Position numbers and translations under genes: made by a program. DNA of 38,351 nt from Octopus bimaculoides (Eukaryota). Shown here piece after piece: positions 21,096 through 33,009 of this stretch. How positions within the stretch are numbered: the first letter of the stretch is position 1; each line of letters begins with the position of its first letter. Location: assembly GCF_001194135.2 (NCBI RefSeq), contig NC_068981.1, positions 44,513,880-44,552,230 on the forward strand. The letters are read 5' to 3'. Under the pieces are notes generated by a model. The model did not search any database and was not told where the DNA came from. It saw only the letters and a program-made list of their open reading frames with translations.

Positions 21096-24000
21096 AAGTG
21101 GCAATATTTTTGCTATCTACGTTCTAACGAAGGACCTTTATGATCTGTGTGAGGAAGCATCGCTTGCCTTACATGATCAAAAAGAAGTGAGAAAGACGAA
21201 CACAGTTAGGAGATACTATAGAATTAATGAAATGTGTGAAGAGCCAGTTAGGTGGACGCACAGAACCAGTGAAATCTGAGAAACAGAGGTCATTGGAATA
21301 ACGTTAGAATAGTTAATGGGATGAAACAATCTACAGGTAAGTAACAGATGCTGGAGTGTGTCAGTGAGTGATTGTATGATAATCAGTCAGGTGGCATTTC
21401 TTTGGATGCAAGCCAGATCATTGATGTCTGGGGTAGCAGCACTGACACCGATTCAGGGAAAAATCAATTAATTTCATCACTTTAAGTTTGTTGATGAGAG
21501 GAAATATTGTCTAGCCTTGAAGAGTAGAGCCAGTCTGTTGGATAAGGGGCTCGACATGTTAAAGATGTGCTTTTGCCAGAAGAAATATTTGCTGTTAATG
21601 AGAACAAAACCTGGAAGTGATCACACTAATAATTCTGTGTGAACCATTATTGCATGTAAAATACTCTCTGGAATGAAGGCAAGGTTCAGTCTTTGAATAA
21701 GATCTCAGTTATATTAATACTGCGCTTTTGCTGACAAATATATTTGCTGTTAGGGAGGCATACAATTTGGAGCGACCATTGGTCATGTTCTAAATATGAG
21801 TGATAATGCCTCTATATGCGATGGAGTGTATTCACTGTTTTGATTTGTGTTTCTGAATTTTTATATTTCTTCTGCTGCCTGAAGAGACTAAGTTGATATA
21901 GCTCCTCTGGAATATGCTTTCGAGAGTTACGATTAAGGTATCGGTGTAGGTTTTGGATATGGCGTCTTGATTGCGTGTGTGCAGTTAGTGGCTGAAGAAG
22001 TTAGGTTTAGGAACAAAGATTATCCTATGTGTAAGAGTAAGCGTCATTGTATGCCACGTCAAATAAATATTTAAGAACGGGTGAAGGAAGCAAACAAAAC
22101 CGAAACTGGGGAACAGCATTCTTGTTTGTGTGTTGGACAGGAAATTTGTGTCCTTAGTACAAGAAAATAGAAATGACACTGAAAGTAGCTATTAATCCTT
22201 ATCAATGGCTTTCGTGAGATATTAAAAAAAAAAGGTGTATTCAGGGGCTAGTTATCTACCGCATAACAGGGTTCTGGTAGCCACCCATTATCGGAAATTA
22301 TAATGAAAAGTAATTGACAATAAATTGTTGCACGTTTCTAACAACATAGTGAAGTGCATGTTGTAAATACGAAAGTAAATTCTCTGATATGTGCAATAGT
22401 ATATGAGTGTATATATTTTGTAGTATTCCTCAACGTGTGTGTGTACGTATGTGCGTGTGTGCGTATGTGCTTGTGTGTTGCTTAGGCAGTATATGAATGC
22501 AGATATCATTCCTGTACGCGTGTTATCATGTGTGCGTGTGTACGTGCTGTGTTTGTATGAATGCATTTCTCTCCGAGTGCTTACGATTCTTCTGGTCTTA
22601 TATTTCTCTATACCAATGCTTTAGGTTTCTACGTCACATCACATCCCAGTTGTGCCGAATATTCTTGTTATTTTCTTTCTCAAGCGATCTCCAAATACCT
22701 CACATGCGTCAAACATACAAATACTTTAAACATCGACATATTTATCGATATATCCACAACTGTCTTGCAATCTCTCTCTCCTTTTCATTTTTCTGTCTGT
22801 CTGCCTGTCCACGTCTCTCTCTCTCTGCACACATATATATAACGATATCCATCCTTCTTTGTATCTGTTTTTGTTTCAGCCCTCGTACACTACTTATGAC
22901 TGCAACGATCTTTTTCTTTCTTTGTCTAACGCCCATCGAAACATACTTGTCTCCATTCTACATGGCAACTCGAAGTTGTCTTCAACTTCCTTAAAGGCCG
23001 CTGTTTTATATATATATAATTGTGCAACTTAAGGTGTTCTGCCATCTGGTTTCTCAAATATTTTAAAAGTCCTTAGTCAGAACAGATCACGATATTTTCT
23101 GTTAGCACTACTTCGCATGATTCCTATTGTTGTCGCTAAAAAGCTATAGAGCTACTGTCCTCTTTCTTTCTTTCTTTCAATATTATTTCCCCGTGCTTCT
23201 CATAAGTCGTCTTTATTTGTCGTTCGAACTAATGACCTCATCTTTCCGTGGAATATGAAGATTATTTCAGTATAGGTATGTTATGCAATCACAATATCGT
23301 GTCTGTGTGCTCTCGTCTGTCGGATCAGTGTGCACTCGACTGTCGTATTAATGTGCACTCAAATGTCATAACTATAAAATATTTTTACAAATTCTCTAAA
23401 ATCCGTGGTTATTAAATCTTGTTAAAATTTGGAAAGATATATATGATTATGGAAATATTACAGTGTGGCGTCGTTCAAATGGAAAGAAGTTGAATATTAT
23501 ATTTTAATATTGGTTCTAATTGTTGTAGATTAGTGCATACGGAATTGTTTGAATTGATAGCATCATAATCTAATATTAGTGTAGCTAAGACACATCACAC
23601 CAGCGTGTCGGCGCGACGGGGTGTGTAATTCTCACAGGAAATAAATTCCACTTGACATATTTAACTTAATGTCATCGTTGCAATATAGTAATACTAGGAA
23701 AATAGTTGAACCACATATATAACTAACAGATTTTAATTCGTCGAAACATAGGTCGTTGATGAAATCATTTCGCAAAGGCGGTTTAGCCTATAGGAGGCTT
23801 TCTATTATTAATTATAAAGTCTCTTGTATTGTTAAAATTCAACTGGTCTGCAACTCTTCCAATGATGTTGATGTAATTCCATGGCTTACTTTCTAATCAA
23901 ATACATACCACAGCAGTAATCTGAGAATTAATGTCCATTTGAAAAAAAAGCAAATTCATTTACGCAACATAAAACAGGGAAATTGTTGAATTCAGTATTT

Positions 24001-25612
24001 TAGATTAGTAATTCCTAGCACCTTTATAATGCAGCCATGAAAAATAGTCATATTATTTTGTCTAGAATTTAAAACAACCTACCAACAAAGATTTAACCAA
24101 ATGATTTACCTGGATGTGGTGACTCACAATTTCAAAATGGCCTCTTCAAGGGCAACATCAACAGCCACACAACGGTGTCGAAATTACCCAGAAAACACAA
24201 TGTTGATATTTTAGGCGACTGTTAACTTGTAGTACTATAAACGGTTGGGAATAAACAATATAAAAATGTTCCTTTAGTAGCTGTTTATTCGTTTTCGAGT
24301 TTTCAGTCACAACCTAAATTCATCTATATTTGAAATAAACAAAATATCAAAAAGCAAAAAAAAAAAAAAAAAGAAAATGCATTAAATAGCTATAATAAAT
24401 AACTCTAAAATACGTACTTTTACGTGTTTCTCTTCTTACACGAATATGTTATATTCATTTGAAAGAGCTTTTACACTCAAATTTAGTCGCTTAATGTTTT
24501 TTATTTCACACCATATTTATTTACTTTTCTCTTTTTCTATTTCATCTTTAGAGATATTTCTTTTCAGATTTTGATTTTGTTATCCCAAAAGATTAATGGG
24601 AAAAGAACCATAAAAATATTTTAGCAGAAATGCTTAAAAAAATTGAATTTGAATTCAATGGCAAATTTTTATTCACGCATAGAAATTTCAGAAATAAATC
24701 TAAATAAAATAGCTAACTATATTTTCTCAACATATATCATTACAATACCTGCCATAAACATAGAACGAATATCTTGTAATGTCCGTAACTGCAGCATAAT
24801 ATCAGTGTAATGACCTGAAACAACTACATTAAACTAACACGGTAGCCATGTCGATAAATCCTAGCTTTTTAAAAGGGAAGTTCATAGATAAAAGAGTTCG
24901 ATTTTCGGTGTATGAACAAAAACACTTCATTAAATACAGTTTCTGTTTGTATTGCAATTATGTATGCATATGAATATGTGGATATATATATATATATANN
25001 NNNNNNNNNNNNNNNNNNNNNNNNNNNNNNNNNNNNNNNNNNNNNNNNNNNNNNNNNNNNNNNNNNNNNNNNNNNNNNNNNNNNNNNNNNNNNNNNNNNN
25101 NNNNNNNNNNNNNNNNNNNNNNNNNNNNNNNNNNNNNNNNNNNNNNNNNNNNNNNNNNNNNNNNNNNNNNNNNNNNNNNNNNNNNNNNNNNNNNNNNNNN
25201 NNNNNNNNNNNNNNNNNNNNNNNNNNNNNNNNNNNNNNNNNNNNNNNNNNNNNNNNNNNNNNNNNNNNNNNNNNNNNNNNNNNNNNNNNNNNNNNNNNNN
25301 NNNNNNNNNNNNNNNNNNNNNNNNNNNNNNNNNNNNNNNNNNNNNNNNNNNNNNNNNNNNNNNNNNNNNNNNNNNNNNNNNNNNNNNNAATAGAGTATTA
25401 TGTACTCTTAACTGTGAAACAATTGTACTAAATTAACTAAAGGCAAGTGTTTTTACTCTTCTCTATTGTTTTTTGTTCTGTGTGTATCAGAAATATCGCT
25501 ATCAATCTGGAGTAATAATTTGTAGTTTTGAAATCAGTAGTTCTTTGACTGCTATTTCTGAATTCTCAGTATGTTGGAGAAGCAGGTTACTGTCAATCCC
25601 TATATATTTATG

Positions 25613-25689
<77 letters not shown>

Positions 25690-25724
25690 ATAAATTTATA
25701 TATACATATATGAGCATTTTAAAA

Positions 25725-27720
25725 TTGTTTCAGCTTTAAAGCTATGGTCATGCTGGGCCACTACCATTGGCTTTGTTACACCATTACGCCATTATTTAAA
25801 GCTCCTTCTGATATGATAAGTGGCACTTGGTGAATGACAGAGCTTGATGCTGTTGACCACATCTTTGTTTCTTGTCGTGAGGTAGGCACATCTGGAACCC
25901 TTGACACGCGGAGATCCGATTTTGGTTTGAAGTTACCTACATCCACACCGTGCAGGTCTCTCAGGTACTTTGGAAAGATATTGAAGAGCTGTGGGCCTCT
26001 GAAATCCAATATGCTGCAGTATCTGGTCTTGTAATTTGATAGTGATGCTGGAAACTTTGGCACTATTCTGTGGCACCCCTTTCTGCTGTTAGTGTAACTT
26101 TCAATGCCAAACTTTCGCCCAAGACCTTTCAGAATTTTCCAGATGTATATCACTGCATATCTTTCCCGCCTTCGTTCTAGGGAGAAGAGTTTTAATTCTT
26201 TCAGTCTTTTCCAGTAGCTGATACGTTGCATTGAGATGATTTTCTATCAGTAGCTTCATTGGATTGCTTCGAGTTCCACCGTTAATTTTATATTGCGTGG
26301 TGATCATTGTTGGGTGTAGTAGTGCATGTGGCTGAGGACGTATGCTCTCCAAAGGATAATTAGTGTCTCTTTTTCTCCCGTTTTGAAAGTTTGAAGGATC
26401 CTACTAGCTAACCGTCTGTATTTTTATTAGCAAATTGGTAATATGCACCTAGAAAGATGTATCATTGCTCATGTCAATACCCGGGTCATGGATTGATTTT
26501 GATTCAGGGATTGCCATTTCACCCGGGCCAGTGTAATCTCGTTCAGCTCTGTGCGTTAGTCGGGCAGGGCTCGAAATTTTGTTGCGTTAAACTGCATGTT
26601 ATTGTCCTCAGCTCACCTGTATATGGGGTCCAACTCCCGTTGCAGATGCGCAATATTTTCATGATTTTGTATTGTCTGAGAGACGTTTATGTCATCTGGA
26701 TGGCTAGCAAGGGTGACTACCTGAGTAGCTGAGGGCATGTCTGAGAGAGCCACTATGAATATCAGTGACCTTAAGACAGTGCTCTGAGGAGCACCACTTG
26801 CTATTTGTGTTTCTTTGAGGTGTCTCCATTGGCCACCACTGTTTGACAGAAAGCCATGTAGCCACTCTCCAGGTATTCCCACTATGCCGAGATCATACAG
26901 TTTGTGACACATCATACCAAGTTCGAATTTAACAAAGGTTTGCAAAGTCGAGATATATCACATTCACGCTTGAGTAATTTAGCATCCTTTTAATACATAA
27001 TCACAATGTTGCAAGAGCGGTGTCAGGGAGGTTCTACCTGGTCTAAATTCATGCTGGGTGTCAGTTAGCAATTAATTTTCTTCAAGGAAGGAGATTAGTT
27101 TCTTGCAGACGATTCCTTCCACGACTTTACTGAAGTGTGTGTTCAGAGCTACAGGCCTATAACTTTTAGCATCCATCTGCTCTGCTTCTTCCTTTATGGT
27201 TAGGGTATATTATTCCATCCTTCAGTTTGTCTGGGAGCTTACCACTTGGAAGAAAACTCTAAAAAAGAAGCTGGAGTGCTTTTGCAAGGGTTCGTTTGCA
27301 CGATTTGAGAAGGATTGCCGAGAATCCATCAGGGCCAGCAGCTGAGCTTGTTTCAGCCTCTTCTCTTGCCGGTGTTACATCTTCATTAATGTTGATGTAA
27401 TCAATTGTCACGTCTTTGGTTACTGGTAGAGCGGCAAAAAAAATTGCTGGTTTATTCACTTGCTTGAATCCCAAAGGGGTAGTAACCAAAATTCGGAACT
27501 TTTCGTTCAATATTTCACTTATCCTTACTGGGTTTCCTGTGAGGGAGCCATAGGTTTGGAAGAGGGGTCTCATCTTGTGGTGTACTGAAGCTGTCTCTCG
27601 GCAAAGTTAAAGAAAGATTTAGGGTCTGAGTAGATATTTTCCATAACCCGAGCTTCATTAACTCTTCTCTCATTTTGTAGAGACTAATTCAGACATTTCT
27701 CAATATATATTGCACTCATC
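25725..27720 (-). mobile_element. CR1/L2-group LINE, 5'-truncated: RT domain, C-terminus and 3' tail, with frameshifts
   Basis: SAAGPDGFSAILLK, VEGIVCKKL, MCHKLYDLGIVG..GEWLHGFL, SGAPQSTVL..LIFIVALSDMP, LASHPDD (YADD equivalent), and YWKRLKELKLFSLERRRERYAVIYIWKIL...RGPQLFNIFPKYLR...VPDVPT. Confidence 0.9.
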
Positions 27721-27943
27721 CCAACGATACGGACTGTAATGTTAAGGTCATGTTATTTGTGGAATCGGACGTAGCGATGTATTAAATGTTTATAAATTCC
27801 ATCCCAAAATTATTCTTACTATTATATTTATCCTATATTATATCAGTATAACTATGATGCAACCTACAGAAAACAGAGTCACTTGTCAGTGTCCGTGGAG
27901 CGTAGAATAGCCTATTGAAATAGGATCTTTATTTGCATACCCT

Positions 27944-28097
27944 GTGTGGCTGTATAGTAAGAAGCTTGCTTACCAACCACAAGGTTCCGGGTTCAGTTCC
28001 ACTGCGTGGAACCTTCGGCAAATGTATTCTACTATAGCCTCGGGCCAACTAAAGCCTTGTGAGAAGATTTGGTAGACGAAAACTGGAAGAAGCCTGT

Positions 28098-28098
<1 letters not shown>
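27944..28098 (+). mobile_element. 5' head of a tRNA-derived SINE running into (TA)n and a gap
   Basis: A-box-like TGGCTGTATAG at ~27947 and B-box-like GGTTCAGTTCC at 27990-28000, followed by TACTATAGCCTCGGGCC..AAAGCCTTGTGAG..GATTTGGTAGACG.AAACTG.AAGAAGCC. Recalled as the head of the family whose tail lies at 19765-19960. Confidence 0.8.
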
Positions 28099-28134
<36 letters not shown>

Positions 28135-29045
28135 NNNNNNNNNNNNNNNNNNNNNNNNNNNNNNNNNNNNNNNNNNNNNNNNNNNNNNNNNNNNNNNNNN
28201 NNNNNNNNNNNNNNNNNNNNNNNNNNNNNNNNNNNNNNNNNNNNNNNNNNNNNNNNNNNNNNNNNNNNNNNNNNNNNNNNNNNNNNNNNNNNNNNNNNNN
28301 NNNNNNNNNNNNNNNNNNNNNNNNNNNNNNNNNNNNNNNNNNNNNNNNNNNNNNNNNNNNNNNNNNNNNNNNNNNNNNNNNNNNNNNNNNNNNNNNNNNN
28401 NNNNNNNNNNNNNNNNNNNNNNNNNNNNNNNNNNNNNNNNNNNNNNNNNNNNNNNNNNNNNNNNNNNNNNNNNNNATATATATATATATAAACGTACATA
28501 CATATATTTGTTGTGTAGATATGTGTGTCTGCATACGTGTGACAAACAGAAATATTGATTGGACTGATTGAACAACATTTATATTAATTTGCTAAACAAA
28601 TTCGGTCTGAGTGATGACGAATACCTTTGTTTGTGTTAAGTTACATTACTGTACATCATAAACATTTTTTACAGTTGAATATACATGCATACATGCTTAC
28701 ACTCATATATATTAACACACACACACACACGGACATGCACTTGGTGACAAGCACATTTCTATATCTACATTTGTACGCTGTGCGTGTTTGTCTGTGTGTT
28801 TGTGACTGTATGTCCCCATGTCTCCGTACACGGACACCTACATAAGAGAGCTCACACTTCGCTATATCATAATGTCAACGCATTTTACCGTAAGAAATAA
28901 TGCTATTGCAATTTGATCATTATAATTCCTTCTGTATTCCCTGAAACGTGGAAGTATATGGCCACCGGAACTTACACTCATGCACACACACACACGCACC
29001 CGCACACACACAAACACACACACACACACACAAACACATGAAGAT

Positions 29046-29199
29046 ACAATCTCTGAAAAGCAGTCGCATCCATAAAAGTAAACAAATATACGCACTGACA
29101 GAAACACACACACATATACACGTGCACACACAATCTCTCAAACGCAGTCACATGCATATAGGTAAACTCACAAATATACGCACTGGCGCACACATACAC
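29046..29199. repeat. Imperfect tandem duplication, ~84-bp period
   Basis: ACAATCTCT.AAA.GCAGTC.CAT.CATA...GTAAAC...AAATATACGCACTG occurs at 29046 and 29130. Confidence 0.75.
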
Positions 29200-30952
29200 A
29201 ATGCATATTGAACTATATTCTATTATATTATATTAGCGTATATTTCCTTATATGATATTTGAAATATCATTTATATGTTGGAAGTTATTCTATATTTGAT
29301 GAAGCATCACATATTTCACTCTGAAGCATCAATAGTCTTTCAAATATGTGAAACACGGGTGATTCTAGAAGCAACTATTTTTTGGAGATGAAATATCTTG
29401 CAATTTGCATGTTAAGTTTTTGTCACACATATACTCATACTTCTCTCTCTTTCTCACCCTCGCATTACTTTGTATCTCTCCCCAGGTATATAAATGAATT
29501 TGTTGATATATACGTACACGGATGTATTATATTTTATAAAACCACCGAAATTATTCCAGCCGTTTTAAATATTGAAGCGAGGATGCCTGCAATTATTAAA
29601 TCATGTGGATGTAATACAGATATATTATTGTCAATTGTAATTACATCAGTAATCCCGGAATTGATTTAATCCTCTATAACAAGCAGAACGTTCTGAACAC
29701 TCACTGTAAATGCAGTGCAATGCTCAAAACATAAATTGCACAAGTAATGGATGTAAACAAGATTCCAGAAAATATGTTAAACACATACATTGTATATCAA
29801 ATATAATATAAATTCTATACATAGTTTTTTTTTTTTATATTATAAAGAAATATATGCAAACACTCGCCGACAATCACGCACACTTAATGTAATATAATAT
29901 AATATAATATTATATAATATAAATCCCATATCACATCGTTCAGCCCACTCCGTTCAAGAATTTATTCATTTCGGAGACACGGGTATGGTCCCACAGTATA
30001 TTCCTTGCTGTGATCACTCCATGGTAAATTGTATTGTTGCACGTTGCGGTTCTTTCTTCGTCATAGTGCTACACATATCTCATTTGCTTATAAGTATGAA
30101 ATGGTGCTATTGAGGAAAATCTCAAACAGTACTTTGTCGAATTGCTTTTTGAACACATATTTCACAAAGGTAAACCACTTGTATCTATCTTGCTCTTCTT
30201 TTACACCAGATTTCTTGTTCTTGTTGTGGTATATATTTACTGTATGTGTGAATGTTAACATTCTCTCAACACTCTCACCCCGTTCCCAATGTCATCGTGT
30301 TTCACCACCATTCAAGTGCTTGATATATTTTCGGACCGCATGCATTCTATTATCCAGTGGTTTATCTTGAGGCTTTGAGTTTAACTCCTGGGGCCTAGCA
30401 CTGTTAGGATGCTAAACAGGTAATTTAATCTTTCTGTGACGAATACGATCTCCCAATCAGAAAATATACCTCAAACATTAACGTAAGTGCTGTTAAGCTG
30501 TGTATTCTGGGTTTTATCTCCTGTTATCAGCTTTTAAACGTTATCAATGTTACTGACCTTAGTAAGCAGCATATCTTTCAATACGAATGGCGCTCAAAAA
30601 GTCATCAATATAGACACGCCTCGTTTACTAAATGTTTTCGTCCTGCATTGCCATTAATAACAGCCAATGTTGGTCGTTTTATCATGACCACTATAATCGT
30701 GATTATTACCATCAATGATATCTCCAAAACCTATGTGTTTCAAGGCAATTATGTCGATGAAAATCTTGCCTTCCTATTTGTTTATTACTACTTCTTCCAG
30801 GCCCTGCCCTGCTCAAAGTAGTTTTCTCTAATATTTCATTTATCTCCTTGCTATCAACCGGGCAAGTAAACGTTATGTACCTGCAGCGATCAATAGATTG
30901 TGCAATTCCTGCCAGAATGTTTAAAGAAAAGTTATGTACAAGTAGCGGAATT

Positions 30953-31029
<77 letters not shown>

Positions 31030-31030
31030 C
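30953..31030. repeat. (CA)n(TA)n microsatellite
   Basis: Directly visible; another (CA)n lies at ~31705-31760. Confidence 0.97.
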
Positions 31031-31197
31031 CCAGTTTTTTTCTAGATTAAAAGAGAAGTATGTAACAGTACTACAACAAAAACTTATTAATCACTATTTG
31101 TCACAACAGCTGACTTTTCTGCAGAATGCAATCTGGCTGCGAAGAGAATTTGTGGAAAGTTTGAGGGAGGAGACATATTGGCGAATGGTGCATTGTT

Positions 31198-31386
31198 CTA
31201 GTAACCGACTACCTGATAGAGATGCGCATCAAAATTATCCTTCATCCTCCCTGCAGAAGGTGCTGCCTGTGACTTATGGTTGTTAACCAAGCTGAAGAAG
31301 AAATTCAGGGCCAGTGTTTTTCAAGACACTAAGAAAAGGAAGGAAGCTGTCCCAGGATCCTGGACACATTCGCTCTGGAGGACTTA
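31198..31386 (+). mobile_element. Mariner transposase C-terminal remnant
   Basis: LVTDYLIEMRIKIILHPPC, then after a frameshift ACDLWLLTKLKKKFRASVFQDTKKRKEAV and LDTFALED. This is a degenerate HPPYSPDLAPCDFWLFPKLK motif. Confidence 0.75.
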
Positions 31387-31704
31387 CTATTATGAAATGT
31401 ATAAGCGTGTCTTCTGAAAAAGACTCCAAAGACTTCGGGAATGAGTCTCATATATATACACGCGGGGACACGGGTGCGTACAGGGCAGCAGCGCTATACA
31501 GTGATGTGTATAAATATATACGAACTTGTTACTAGTTCGAATATGCGTCAAGGAAAACCATTCAATGCGTTTTGTTATGCAGAAAATTTCTCGCTCTACA
31601 CAAATGGGTGTAAATATATTGAATCATCGCACGGACACACCAAGCCAGAAGTTTTCGAATATATCTTGTGCATATTTGAACTGGTTATAAGTTCGTGATC
31701 GTAT

Positions 31705-31762
<58 letters not shown>

Positions 31763-32829
31763 CATTGCCAAATGTTGAATGGATTTTGGTATCGATATCT
31801 TACATTATATTATGTAGTGATGGTATGATATAATTAATGGTTAAATATACGTGTACTATTGGTATGATAATTGTATTTTATATCAACCTTATTTCTGCTA
31901 CTGTTGTCGTTGCTTTTAGTAGCAATATTCTTCCTGTCATAAACTTTGTTCAAAATGACACTTATCTTAAGTTTTCCCTTAACGTTGCAGATGTCATTTT
32001 GTTTTCATTTCTACTGTCATTTGATTTTCATTTATGTGTTTCCTTCAAGACTTTACTTCTCTTTCGCAATCGTTCCTCCTTTCTTTCTCCACTCTCTCGT
32101 TCTTGCTACTTTTTGTGAATGCTTCGCCCTGTGTATCTAGGTCGTTCCTTATCTCAGGTATGTTCATTTCTATACACATTCATTCTTTCTTCTTAGAAAT
32201 CATTTTTACGTATTTTGTCTTGTATTTGTAAGTTTCCATGTAAGTTTTATGTAGGTGTATGTTTATTTATATAAGCATGTGTGTATCAGTGCACGTATGT
32301 GTGTTTATCTGAATATCTCACAATCAAATTATCAATGTTTTCCGATTACTGAAGATCAACCGGCTTTAGCTAAGCTACTTTGGAAGATAACTATAGAAAA
32401 TGCAACTTCACAAAAAAAAGGGGAAGCAAACAACAAATAAAATATCATAGACAAGAGCAGCAACAATATCAACAGTGCTACTAAAAAGAACATTTAAAAG
32501 ATAAATCAACCTATGTAAAAACAAAATCACACTATCATAACATCAACAATAATGACAGGAAACTTAAGAACTGATGGTAAAACAAAGAAATAAATAACAT
32601 TTATCATGAGAAATGTTATTTGCAATGAAAGATGACGATAAATGAGAAAAAGAAACAAGTATAATAGAAATAAAATAAATATAACTATGAGAAAATCAAC
32701 ATGAAGAAAACTGATAAAATAACTATATAAAAAAAGAAGTATAACAATAAAATGATGCAAATGACAGTATATTTTCTCACCTCCCCTTGCTACTGATACT
32801 AATATTATATAATAACACCAACAATATAG

Positions 32830-32942
32830 CAACAACTAAACAACAACAACGACGATGGCAACGGCATTAACAACAGCAACGAAAATAATAATAATAATAA
32901 CAACAACAACAATAATAATATTAATAATTATCATTATTATTA

Positions 32943-33004
<62 letters not shown>
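32830..33004. repeat. AAC/AAT/ATT compound microsatellite; the ATT part is the tail of the Tx1-like LINE
   Basis: Directly visible. Confidence 0.95.

Positions 33005-33009
<5 letters not shown>

Larger units (their letters stand above)
1187..28475. other. Seven assembly gaps: 1187-1453, 2560-3011, 6625-6733, 17856-18011, 19425-19672, 24999-25388, 28135-28475
   Basis: N-runs, each with TA repeats on at least one side. Confidence 0.99.

Noticed and set aside
21130-21800. Slightly GC-richer segment that may be a decayed LINE endonuclease region; also a perfect CAG|GTAAGT donor at 21336
   Set aside because: I could not assemble diagnostic APE motifs, and the upstream candidate exon has an in-frame stop in its best frame.
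1051-28578. Long ORFs spanning N-runs and TA/CA repeats (IYIY, HTHT, CVCV), and poly-N/K/I/Y/L ORFs elsewhere
   Set aside because: Artefacts of gaps and microsatellites, with no coding evidence.
29382-29669. MPAIIKSCGC resembling a TGF-beta C-terminus
   Set aside because: The other cystine-knot cysteines are missing, and the frame continues 18 residues past CGC.
30712-31014. 100-aa minus ORF with a possible 28-nt exon (CAG|GAATTG...TGCAG|GTACAT)
   Set aside because: Starts in a TG repeat, has a weak donor, and no recognisable product.
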